Origin: Macrostomum lignano
Lineage: Eukaryota
NCBI GenBank assembly: GCA_002269645.1
Contig: NIVC01000869.1
Coordinates: forward strand, 124,001 to 188,000
DNA: 64,000 nt
Reading direction: 5' to 3'
The notes under the pieces were generated by a model. It saw nothing but the letters and a program-made list of their open reading frames with translations. It was not told the origin of the DNA and did not search any database. Positions 49,668 to 59,775 of this stretch are shown in pieces. How positions within the stretch are numbered: the first letter of the stretch is position 1; each line of letters opens with the position of its first letter. The position numbers and the translations under genes were made by a program.

Positions 49668-52289
49668 ATGCCCGGTGGAAACAAGAGGTCTTCCAAGGTG
49701 AGCTAATAGCTGTCTGGGCTCCCTGACCTGATCTCAGTAGTCCAAATCTTAAATCTTAGTAGTCCTCGCCATGTCAAATCTCATCAGTCCTCACTTTGTC
49801 AAATCTCATCAGTCCTCACCTTGTCAAATCTCATCAGTCCTCACCTTGTCAAATCTCATCAGTCCTTACCTTGTCAAATCTCATCAGTCCTCACCTTGTC
49901 AAATCTCATCAGTCCTCACCTTGTCAAATCTCATCAGTCCTCACCTTGTCAAATCTCATCAGTCCTTACCTTGTCAAATCTCATCAGTCCTCACCTTGTC
50001 AAATCTCATCAGTCCTCACCTTGTCAAATCTCATCAGTCCTTACCTTGTCAAATCTCATCAGTCCTCACTTTGTCAAATCTCATCAGTCCTCACCTTGTC
50101 AAATCTCATCAGTCCTCGCCTTGTCAAATCTCACCAGTCCTTACCATGTCAAATCTACATTACACTATTCCTCACTTTGTCAAACGGCCGCACCCGCAGC
50201 CGCCCTTCGGCAAGCCGGAGCCCGGCAGGTCCGCCACCTCGGCAGCAGCTGCAGGCGGCGGCGACTCGCGGCCCTACCAGTGCGACACCTGCGGCCGGCA
50301 GTTCGCCACCTCCGCCTATCTCAGCCAGCACCGCCGGATCCACAGCGGCCAGCGGCCCTACGGCTGCAGGTTTTGCGACAAGCGCTTCACCCAGCTGTCC
50401 CACGTGCAGCAGCACGAGCGAATCCATACGGGTGACAAGCCGTACCGCTGCTGGCACTGCGCCAAGAGTTTCACCCAGATGAGCAACCTGCAGAGCCACC
50501 AGCGCCAGCACATGAAGGACAAGCCGCACCGCTGCGAGGCCTGCTACATGTGCTTCGACTCCAGCGATGACCTGGACAGCCACACTCAGGTGACCTTTGG
50601 GGATGACATTGGCACCCTCCAATACCCCAGTGTTTCCCTGCCACACCCTCCAATACCCCAGTGTTTTCATGCCACACCCTCCAATACCCCAGTGTTTTCA
50701 TGCCACACCCTCCAATACCCCAGTGTTTCCCTGCCACACCCTCCAATACCCCAGTGTTTTCATGCCACACCCTCCAATACCCCAGTGTTTCCCTTTCACA
50801 CCTCCAATACCCCAGTGTTTCCCTGCCACACCCTCCAATACCCCAGTGTTTCCATGCCACACCCTCCAATGCAATACCCCAGTGTTTCCCTGCCACACCC
50901 TCCAATACCCCAGTGTTTCCCTGCCACACCCTCCAATACCCCAGTGTTTCCCTGCCACACCCTCCAATACCCCAGTGTTTCCATGCCACACCCCCAAATA
51001 CCCCAGTGTTTCCCTGCCACACCCTCCAATACCCCAGTGTTTCCCTGCCACACCCTCCAATACCCCAGTGTTTCCATGCCACACCCTCCAATACCCCAGT
51101 GTTTCCCTGCCACACCCTCCAATACCCCAGTGTTTCCCTGCCACACCCTCCAATACCCCAGTGTTTCCCTGCCACACCCTCCAATACCCCAGTGTTTCCA
51201 TGCCACACCCCCAAATACCCCAGTGTTTCCCTGCCACACCCTCCAATACCCCAGTGTTTCCCTACCACACCCTCCAATACCCCAGTGTTTCCATGCCACA
51301 CCCCCAATACCCCAGTGTTTCCATGCCACACCCTCCAATACCCCAGTGTTTCCCTGCCACACCCTCCAATACCCCAGTGTTTCCCTGCCACACCCTCCAA
51401 TACCCCAGTGTTTCCCTGCCACACCTCCAATACCCCAGTGTTTCCCTGCCACACCCTCCAATACCCCCGTGTTTCCCTGCCACACCCTCCAATACCCCAG
51501 TGTTTCCCTGCCACACCCTCCAATACCCCAGTGTTTCCATGCCACACCCTCCAATACCCCAGTGTTTCCATGCCACACCCCCCAATACCCCAGTTTTTTT
51601 CTGCCACACCCTCAAATTCTCCAGTTTTTGTATTCCCACCTCAGGTTTTATTTTTCCTATCCTCAGGTTACTCATAATTACATTCCCCATCAAATTAGCC
51701 AAATTTCTCAATAAATTCTTCCCCATCACATTCCCCATCACATTCCCAGGCCAAGCACGCGAACAGCCGCTACAGCAAGCTGCTGGTGTGCCGGGTGTGC
51801 GGCAAGAACTACAACTCGGAGACCTACCTCAACAAGCACCTGGCCAAGCACGGCAAAGACGCTGCTGCCGCGGCAGCCGCAGGTCCGGGCTCGGAGCCGG
51901 CCAAACTCGATGGCCAGGACGAGGACGAAGACTCGCAGCAGCAGCCGCCGCAGCCGCTGCCTCAGCAGCAACCGCAGCAGCAGCAAGTTTCGCTGCACCA
52001 GCCGACAATATCCCTGGGTCAGCAACAGCAGCACCTGCTGCCTCCCCAGCTGCCGCCGCACTCCGTGGCCATGCTTGCGCACCCGCCGCAGTCCCTTCAG
52101 CAGCAACAGCAGCCGCAGCAACCGCAGCAGCAGCAACACGGTCTGCCCCCTTACGGTCACCCGCCAGACGGTCTGATGATGCCGGCAGCTGCTGCCGCCG
52201 CCGCGGCCGCCGCAGCCGCTGCCGGCTTCCCCGGAGCCGGGAGCTGCTTCACGGCTGGCGGCCCGGCGGCCTTCAAGTTCCCCTTCTGA
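49668..52289 (+). CDS. lin-29: LIN-29/Rotund (ZNF384/362-like) C2H2 zinc-finger transcription factor, 5 fingers, poly-Q/poly-A tail
   Basis: Exons 49668-49697 (MPGGNKRSSK, tentative), 50200-50589 (YQCDTC...SAYLSQHRRIH, FTQLSHVQQHERIHTGDKPY, FTQMSNLQSHQRQH, DKPHRCEACYMCF), 51750-52289 (VCRVCGKNYNSETYLNKHLAKH). Finger sequences follow the LIN-29/Rn pattern; symbol is family-level. Confidence 0.88.
49771..50155. repeat. 25-bp minisatellite, about 15 copies (zinc-finger intron 1)
   Basis: Unit TGTCAAATCTCATCAGTCCTCACCT. Confidence 0.96.
50612..51605. repeat. 31-bp C-rich minisatellite, about 32 copies (zinc-finger intron 2)
   Basis: Unit CCACACCCTCCAATACCCCAGTGTTTCCCTG. Confidence 0.97.
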
Positions 52290-53119
52290 CGAGCCGGGGG
52301 ACCTCGACTGCCCGCATGGTACTACTTGCCCGAGCCTTGACTAGTAGTGCTGCCGGTTTTTAGCGTGAAATGAGTTGGAGAATTGGTATCAAATCTCTCA
52401 GATCTGCCGTGAACTCGCTAGTCTTCTCCTGTATTCTAATACCTGTATTTGCACCTGTGTGTCATCAGTTACCTGCTGCATCAGCATACTGTCTCGTATT
52501 TATGCCACTATCAAATATTTGTTTTCTATATTATATTGCATGCCTGACCCAAACAGATCTGACCTTTGTTATCTTAACTGCGTTTACTTTTGTTTGTTTG
52601 TTTGTTCGCCTTTTTTGTTATTAGTTAGCTGGCGTATCTGTCTGAAGGCACAGCACAGCCTTGGTCATTGTCCCGTGCTGGTTGCTGCGAGACTGGCTGC
52701 TCAGTGCATTGAATTTGAGCTGGTACCACCGTATCTGCTGCTTAGACTGGGCTCCCCTTCCCGAGTCTTCAGCTCCTGACTTTGCTGATTTGTCTTCATT
52801 TTCATAGGTGCCTCCGCCCTCCGCTCGCAAACCCCGCAAAGCCACTTTTTATCCTTAGCGCGAGTGTTTTTAAGTTTGCTGACTAAATACACACTTTTAG
52901 CTTATATATCTGAACTCTTTTACTACTTAGCTGATTTTCTCAGTAATCATGTCTGATCAAATTTATTGAATCCCAGCGGAAATTATCTCCTTCATCGGCT
53001 TTTTCTCTCACTTATTTTTCCCGACCATAGTCTCGCACTGAGTCTTTGTAGAAAACTGCAGAGGAATTGCCGAAATTTGTGGTCTTTGTATGGAATTTTG
53101 AGCATTTATAGGAATTATG

Positions 53120-53654
53120 AGCTATCTAGACTACAATGAGTCCTTGTAGGGAATGGCATTGGGCTATCTACTGGGCTACAATGAGTGTAGGGAATGGCAT
53201 TGGGCTATCTACTGGGCTACAATGAGTCTGTAGGGAATGGCATTGGGCTATCTACTAGGCTACAATGAGTGTAGGGAATGGCATTGGGCTATCTACTGGG
53301 CTACAATGAGTCTGTAGAGAATGGCATTGGGCTATCTACTGGGCTACAATGAGTGTAGGGAATGGCATTGGGCTATCTACTGGGCTACAATGAGTCTTTG
53401 TAGGGAATGGCATTGGGCTATCTACTGGGCTACAATGAGTCTTTGTAGGGAATGGCATTGGGCTATCTACTGGGCTACAATGAGTTTTTGTAGGGAATGG
53501 CATTCGGCTATCTACTGGGCTACAATGAGTTTTTGTAGGGAATGGCATTGGGCTATCTACTGGGCTACAATGAGTCTTTGTAGGGAATGGCATTGGGCTA
53601 ATTACTAGGCTACAATGAGTCTGTAGGGAATGGCATTGGGCTATCTGGGCTACG
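53120..53654. repeat. 41/43/45-bp minisatellite, about 12 copies, about 110 bp upstream of the AMT start
   Basis: Unit TAGGGAATGGCATTGGGCTATCTACTGGGCTACAATGAGT(CTT)TG. Confidence 0.96.
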
Positions 53655-53762
53655 ATGGGTCTTTCAAGAGTGGGGTTATCTAAGCTACTGAGTCTAGGAG
53701 CGAACTCAAAAGCGGTTCCCCATCACTCCAGCAGTTGCCAGGCGGCCGGTCCAGTTTTTGCA

Positions 53763-56700
53763 ATGCTTAGCCGAGCCCTGAGATGCGCGCCCTGGCGCAG
53801 CTCGCCACGCCGTTTGCTGTCAGCCAAGGCCGCGGCGGCGAGGCGAACCCCGTTGTTCGACCTGCACACCGAGTTCGGCGGCCGGATGGTCGAGTTCGCC
53901 GGCCACCAGCTGCCGGTGCAGTACGCGGCAGGTGGCATCGTGGCGGAGCACAAGCACGCCAGGGAGAGCGCCGGCCTGTTCGACGTGAGCCACATGCAGC
54001 AGCTGCGCGTCTGCGGCGTCAACAGGGACAGCCTGGTGTCCTTCCTCACCGTGGCCGACGTCGCCGCCTTGGCGCCTGGACAGGTGGGTCGATTTTCGGG
54101 CCTTCGAATCCTTGAAATCAAACTGCTCACCGACTGCAACGCATAATCAGCTTCCAGCTATGTACAACAGCAGACACCCACACCCCTATGTGTACACAAA
54201 TTTGACCATATCTACCATGTACACTCACTGCCCCAACCCCAACCCAATGTACACTCACTGCCCCAACCCCACCCCAATGTACACTCACTACCCCAACCCC
54301 ACCCAAATGTACACTCACTGCCCCAACCCCACCCCAATGTACACTCGCTGCCCCAACCCCACCCCAATGTACACTCACTGCCCCAACCCCACCCCAATGT
54401 ACACTCACTGCCCCAAACCACCCCAATGTACACTCACTGCCCCAACCCCACCCCAATGTACACTCCCTGCCCCAACCCCACTCCAATGTACACTCGCTGC
54501 CCCAACCCCACTCCAATGTACACTCGCTGCCCCAACCCCACCCCAATGTACACTCACTGCCCCAACCCCACCCCAATGTACACTCACTGCCCCAAACCAC
54601 CCCAATGTACACTTGCTGCCCCAACCCCACCCCAATGTACACTCACTGCCCCAACCCCACCCCAATGTACACTCACTGCCCCAAACCACCCCAATGTACA
54701 CTTGCTGCCCCAACCCCACCCCAATGTACACTCACTGCCCCAACCCCACTCCAATGTACACTCACTGCCCCAAACCACCCCAATGTACACTCACTGCCCC
54801 AAACCACCCCAATGTACACTCACTGCCCCAAACCACCCCAATGTACACTCACTGCCCCAACCCCACTCCAATGTACACTCACTGCCCCAAACCACCCCAA
54901 TGTACACTTGCTGCCCCAACCCCACCCCAATGTACACTCACTGCCCCAACCCCACTCCAATGTACACTCACTGCCCCAAACCACCCCAATGTACACTCAC
55001 TGCCCCAAACCACCCCAATGTACACTCACTGCCCCAAACCACCCCAATGTACACTCACTGCCCCGAATTCCGCAGGCCTGTCTGTCGCTGTTTCTGAACG
55101 GCCAGGGCCGCATCATGGACGACCTGATTGTCAGCCGGTGCCGCGAGCCGCACTTCTACCTGGTCACCAATGCCGGGTGCGCAGAGAAAATCCAAGCCCA
55201 CCTGGACCACTGGGCTGGCGTGTTTCAGGTGGGCAAACCATCTCACTGGGATCCTGTTTATTGAGTGTCTTGCATATTTTGTTTTGTATGCTTCAATCTG
55301 CAAATTTTGGGTGCATCTGCAGACCACAAAGTCCCTAATAAGGGTGTTGGGCAGAGCAGCTCAGCGCTAAGCACTGCTGACTCTCGCGCTGCAACCCCGG
55401 GTTCGATTCCGCGCGCTGCCAAATTCATTTGAGGCTCGGGCAATTCGCAGACATAAGGGCCAACCCCGTTGTCAGGGCCGCTCTATCTCCATTCTAAAGT
55501 AGTAATCGGGAGATACCCTAAAATTATTGCAGTATTGTATTCAATCAAGCCTTCAGCCTCAACCCCTACTCACCCAATCGGTCAGGCCAGGGCTCTCGAC
55601 GTCCGCCTGGAGTACATGGACGCTGCACTGATGGCCCTGCAGGGCCCCCGTGCGGCCGAAGTGCTGGCCAAAGGCGTCATCGACTTCAAGCTGGCCGACC
55701 TCGCGTTCATGCACGGCCGCTACGCCACCGTGTTCGGCGTGCAGGACTGCCGCATCACCAGGTGTGCGGGGCTGCGAATATCCCATTGGAGATTTGGTTG
55801 GCTGCGAGTATCTCATTGGAGATTTGGTTGACTGTGAATATCCCATTGGAGAGTTGGTTGGCTGCGAATATCCCCTTAGAGATTTGGTTGACTGTGAATA
55901 TCCCATTGGAGATTTGGTTGGCTGCGAGTATCTCATTGGAGATTTGGTTGACTGTGAATATCCCATTGGAGAGTTGGTTGGCTGCGAGTATCCCCTTGGA
56001 GATTTGGTTGACTGTGAATATCCCCTTGGAGATTTGGTTGACTGTGAATATCCCATTGGAGATTTGATTGACTGTGAATATCCCATTGGAGATTTGATTG
56101 ACTGTGAATATCCCCTTGGAGATTTGGTTGACTGTGAATATCCCATTGGAGATTTGATTGACTGTGAATATCCCCTTGGAGAGGGGGGCCGTAGCCCAGC
56201 GGTAGCGCAGCTGCTCTGGTGTGCCGCGACCCAGGCTCGATTCCAAGTGCAGCCACATTAATTTGGGGCTGGATTGGAATCTTGGCTTGGCTCGCTTGTG
56301 CAATTAACGGCCTTGAGAGCCAACCCCCCCAAGGCGCAGTGAAGTGTACATGCCTAACAATAAATAAAGTTAGGGCCGCTGTACACTCCTGTGTGAGTGT
56401 GTGCCTGCGTAACGTATCCGCGCGCTTGTATGCCTGCTCAGGGGAGTCGGCGGAATGGGCAGTAATGCCTCTCGCCGGTTGTGTGCCAATGACGCTTAAA
56501 TTGCGCCAGGGTGCACACAACCCCCTGCCTCTAATAAAAAAAAAATCCCCTTGGAGATTTGGCTCACTGCTTGTATCCCCTTGAGTATTTGGTAGCAGCA
56601 AATATTCATTTTTATTAGCTGAATATTCCCAACAATGTCACGTGACCCGGCCGGCAGATGCGGCTACACAGGCATGGACGGCTTCGAGATCTCGGTGCCT

Positions 56701-58919
56701 CCGCAGGGTGCGATGACGGTGGCCCGTGCCCTTCTAGATGGCCCCCTGGTGAAGCCCATTGGCCTTGGGGCCAGGGACTCCCTGCGGCTGGAGGCCGGAC
56801 TCTGTCTCTATGGCAACGATATTGACGAGACGCGAACTCCGGTGCGTTCAGTAACTTTTTTCAGTTAAAGCTTGGGAATTTTAAATCGGCTATTGAATAA
56901 TATTTGCCATATAATAGAGTGCCAGTAAGAATCGCCCTGAAGTGCCAGTAAGAATCGCTCTGAAGTGCCAGTAAGAATCGCCCTGAAGTGCCAGTAAGAA
57001 TCGCCCTGAAGTGCCAGTAAGAATCGCTCTGAAGTGCCAGTAAGAATCGCCCTGAAGTGCCAGTAAGAATCGCCCTGGAGTGCCAGTAAGAATCGTCCTG
57101 AAGTGCCAGTAAGAATCGCCCTGAAATGCGAGTAAGAATCGCCCTGAAGTGTCAGTAAGAATCGCCCTAAAGTGCGAGTAAGAATCGCCCTGAAGTGCGA
57201 GTAAGAATCGCCCTGAAGTGCCAGTAAGAATCGCCCTGAAGTGCCAGTAAGAATCACCCTGAAGTGCCAGTAAGAATCGCCCTGAAGTGCCAGTAAGAAT
57301 CGCCCTGAAGTGCCAGTAAGAATCACCCTGAAGTGCCAGTAAGAATCGCCCTGGAGTGCCAGTAAGAATCGCCCTGGAGTGCCAGTAAGAATGGCCCATC
57401 CCTAACCATCGAGCAAGTTCAACCTCTGCGCAACCCGCAGGTGGAAGCCGGCCTCATGTGGACCGTGTCAAAGCGCCGTCGTCAGGAGGCCCAACAGCGC
57501 GGCTCCGAGGCGTTCCTCGGCGGCGAACAGCTGGCGGTGGCCTCCGCCACGAAGCCGGAGGTCCGCCGGGTTGGCCTTCTGGGCCTGGAGGGGCCGCCTG
57601 CCCGGCACGGGGCTGCCGTGTTCGCTGAGAACGACGGAGATGAGCGTGAGCTGAGACTTCAGTGGAATCTTGGGGTAGCTGGGATCTCAGTGGGATCATG
57701 GAGTAGCTGGGATCTCAATGGGATCTTGGAGTAGCTGGGATCTCAGTGGGATCATGGAGTAGCTGGGATCTCAGTGGGATCATGGAGTAGCTGGGATCTC
57801 AGTGGGATCTTGGAGTAGCTGGGATCTCAGTGGGATCATGGAGTAGCTGGGATCTCAGTGGGATCTTGGAGTAGCCGGGATCTCAGTGGGATCATGAAGT
57901 AGCTGGGATCTCAGTGGGATCTTGGAGTAGCCGGGATCTCAGTGGGATCATGAAGTAGCTGGGATCACAGTGGGATCTTGGAGTAGCTGGGATCTTAGTG
58001 GGATCACAGTGGGATCTTGGAGTAGCTGGGATCCTAGAATAGCTGGGATCCTAGAATAGCTGGGATCACAGTGGGATCTTGGACTAGCTGGGATCCTACA
58101 ATAGCTGGGATCCTAGAGTAGCTGGGATCACAGTGGGATCTTGGACTAGCTGGGATCCTATAATAGCTGGGATCCTAGAGTAGCTGGGATCACAGTGGGA
58201 TCTTGGACTAGCTGGGATCCTAGAATAGCTGGGATCCTAGAGTAGCTGGGATCACAGTGGGATCTTGGACTAGCTGGGATCCTATAATAGCTGGGATCCT
58301 AGAGTAGCTGGGATCTCAGTGGGATCTTGGACTAGCTGGGATCCTATAATAGCTGGGATCCTAGAGTAGCTGGGATCACAGTGGGATCTTGGACTAGCTG
58401 GGATCCTAGAATAGCTGGGATCCTAGAGTAGCTGGGATCTCAGTGGGATCTTGGACTAGCTGGGATCCTATAATAGCTGGGATCCTAGAGTAGCTGGGAT
58501 CTCAGTGGGATCTTGGACTAGCTGGGATCCTATAATAGCTGGGATCCTAGAGTAGCTGGGATCTCAGTGGGATCTAGGACTAGCTGGGATCTCGGTAGGA
58601 TAATGTTTTATTTTTAATCTGGAGATTTTACTTCGATTGCATTTTTGAGATGTGAAACTGGAGCAAGGCTTGCTTGACCAGGTGAGGACGAAACATAGAA
58701 AATTAGCTTTCAAATCTCCCCATTGCAGCCATCGGAGTGGTGACCAGCGGCTGCATGAGCCCCAGCCTCAACCAGCCCGTTGCCATGGGCTACCTGCGGC
58801 GCGCGAATTCCGCCGTGGGCACCCCGGTTCGGTTTGAGATTCGCGGCAAGCGGTACCGCGGCGTGGTGGCCAAGATGCCATTCCTGCCCGCCACCTACTA
58901 CACTGGCGGGCTGCGGTGA
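53763..58919 (+). CDS. AMT: Aminomethyltransferase (glycine cleavage T protein), mitochondrial, about 409 aa, 6 exons
   Basis: Exons 53763-54083 (presequence, [31 protein letters not shown]), 55076-55228 ([15 protein letters not shown]), 55586-55761 (ALQGP), 56658-56841 ([33 protein letters not shown]), 57441-57645, 58729-58919 ([20 protein letters not shown]). Phases consistent. Confidence 0.96.
54217..55064. repeat. 29/30-bp C-rich minisatellite, about 28 copies (AMT intron 1)
   Basis: Unit ATGTACACTCACTGCCCCAACCCCACCCCA; ends about 11 nt before the acceptor. Confidence 0.97.
55350..55495 (+). mobile_element. tRNA-derived SINE (short copy) in AMT intron 2
   Basis: A-box-like AGCTCAGCGCTAAG, B box GGTTCGATTCC; body shares GCCAACCCC and AGGGCCGCT with the 56183 copy. 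Confidence 0.65.
55769..56182. repeat. 30-bp minisatellite, about 14 copies (AMT intron 3)
   Basis: Unit GACTGTGAATATCCCATTGGAGATTTGGTT. Confidence 0.96.
56183..56544 (+). mobile_element. Full-length tRNA-derived SINE (about 360 bp) with poly(A) tail and 13-bp TSD
   Basis: A box TAGCCCAGCGG, B box GGCTCGATTCC, AATAAA plus A tail, TSD ATCCCCTTGGAGA at 56170-56182 and 56545-56557. Confidence 0.88.
56917..57392. repeat. 23-bp minisatellite, about 21 copies (AMT intron 4)
   Basis: Unit GAAGTGCCAGTAAGAATCGCCCT. Confidence 0.97.
57656..58595. repeat. GGGATC-based minisatellite, 28-bp period switching to a 62-bp higher-order unit (AMT intron 5)
   Basis: Subunits of 11 bp (GGGATCWCAGT) and 17 bp (GGGATCYTRGASTAGCT). 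Confidence 0.94.
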
Positions 58920-59775
58920 TCGCCTGCGGCCCTGAGCTGCGTCACGAGAGCTCGCTGGACCTTCTGGGCGCTAACTAGGGCTGGAGCAGTATTTTTCATC
59001 GATCCAATTGCTATTTTAGAAATTCAAAAACAACTTGTCTATGAAGTGCACTTTGAAGTGGAAATTATTGGATGAGTTTTCTAGTCCAGCGGATTCTGGC
59101 AGTTAAATCAGCTAACTGCGAACAGCCATTTCTTACTGTATTTGCTGACGGACCTCCGGCCCTGCCATTCCGTATGGAGAGCTGCCAGCTGCGCCCAAGA
59201 AGTACCAGAGAGAATCAAATTTAATTGATCTTTCAATAATACTAGAAACTAACTTGTACTTTCTCCTGCTCTTTAGTGATTTGACTACTTTTATATAATC
59301 AAGCACTTCAGTAGTAATTTAGCACTTTTTGTCATTCTCAGCCAAAAGCCATTGCTCAAATCAATGCCAGCTAGCTTGACAGTGAAGAATCGAGCGCCTT
59401 CCAGAGGCCGAAATAAACAGCAAACTCTTGTCGAAGGCCAAGTTAAGGTTTGGCTAAATCAAATGTGCAGATTTGTCTCGGACGGCTCCAAACCTGGCCT
59501 TTGTTCTTTTATATTTTACGGTTTTACGATTGGCATACCGCCAGCTGTGCCAGACCTTTTCACAGATTTTCAAATGTCCACTCATACTACTCACTGCAAT
59601 CCAGTCAGTCAGTAGCTTCAACGAAAAAAGAAATGAAGCCGAAATTTGTATTTTTAATCACACTGTCAGCTTATAAATAAAGGTTACATTGAGAAAAAGT
59701 TAAATAGAAAACTTGTCCGGGTCATACGATACAATCAAACTTGAACAAGTTCACGTGCACTCCAAGTGCGAGCCA

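Noticed and set aside
49771-52363. 647-aa and 588-aa ORFs through the zinc-finger introns
   Set aside because: Stop-free repeats extend the real exons; canonical GT-AG junctions at 50589 and 51750 restore the split fourth finger.
41300-56255. tRNA genes at 41300, 46261, 55350 and 56183
   Set aside because: A and B boxes are present but there is no consistent cloverleaf or anticodon arm; shared downstream bodies and a TSD/poly(A) indicate SINEs.
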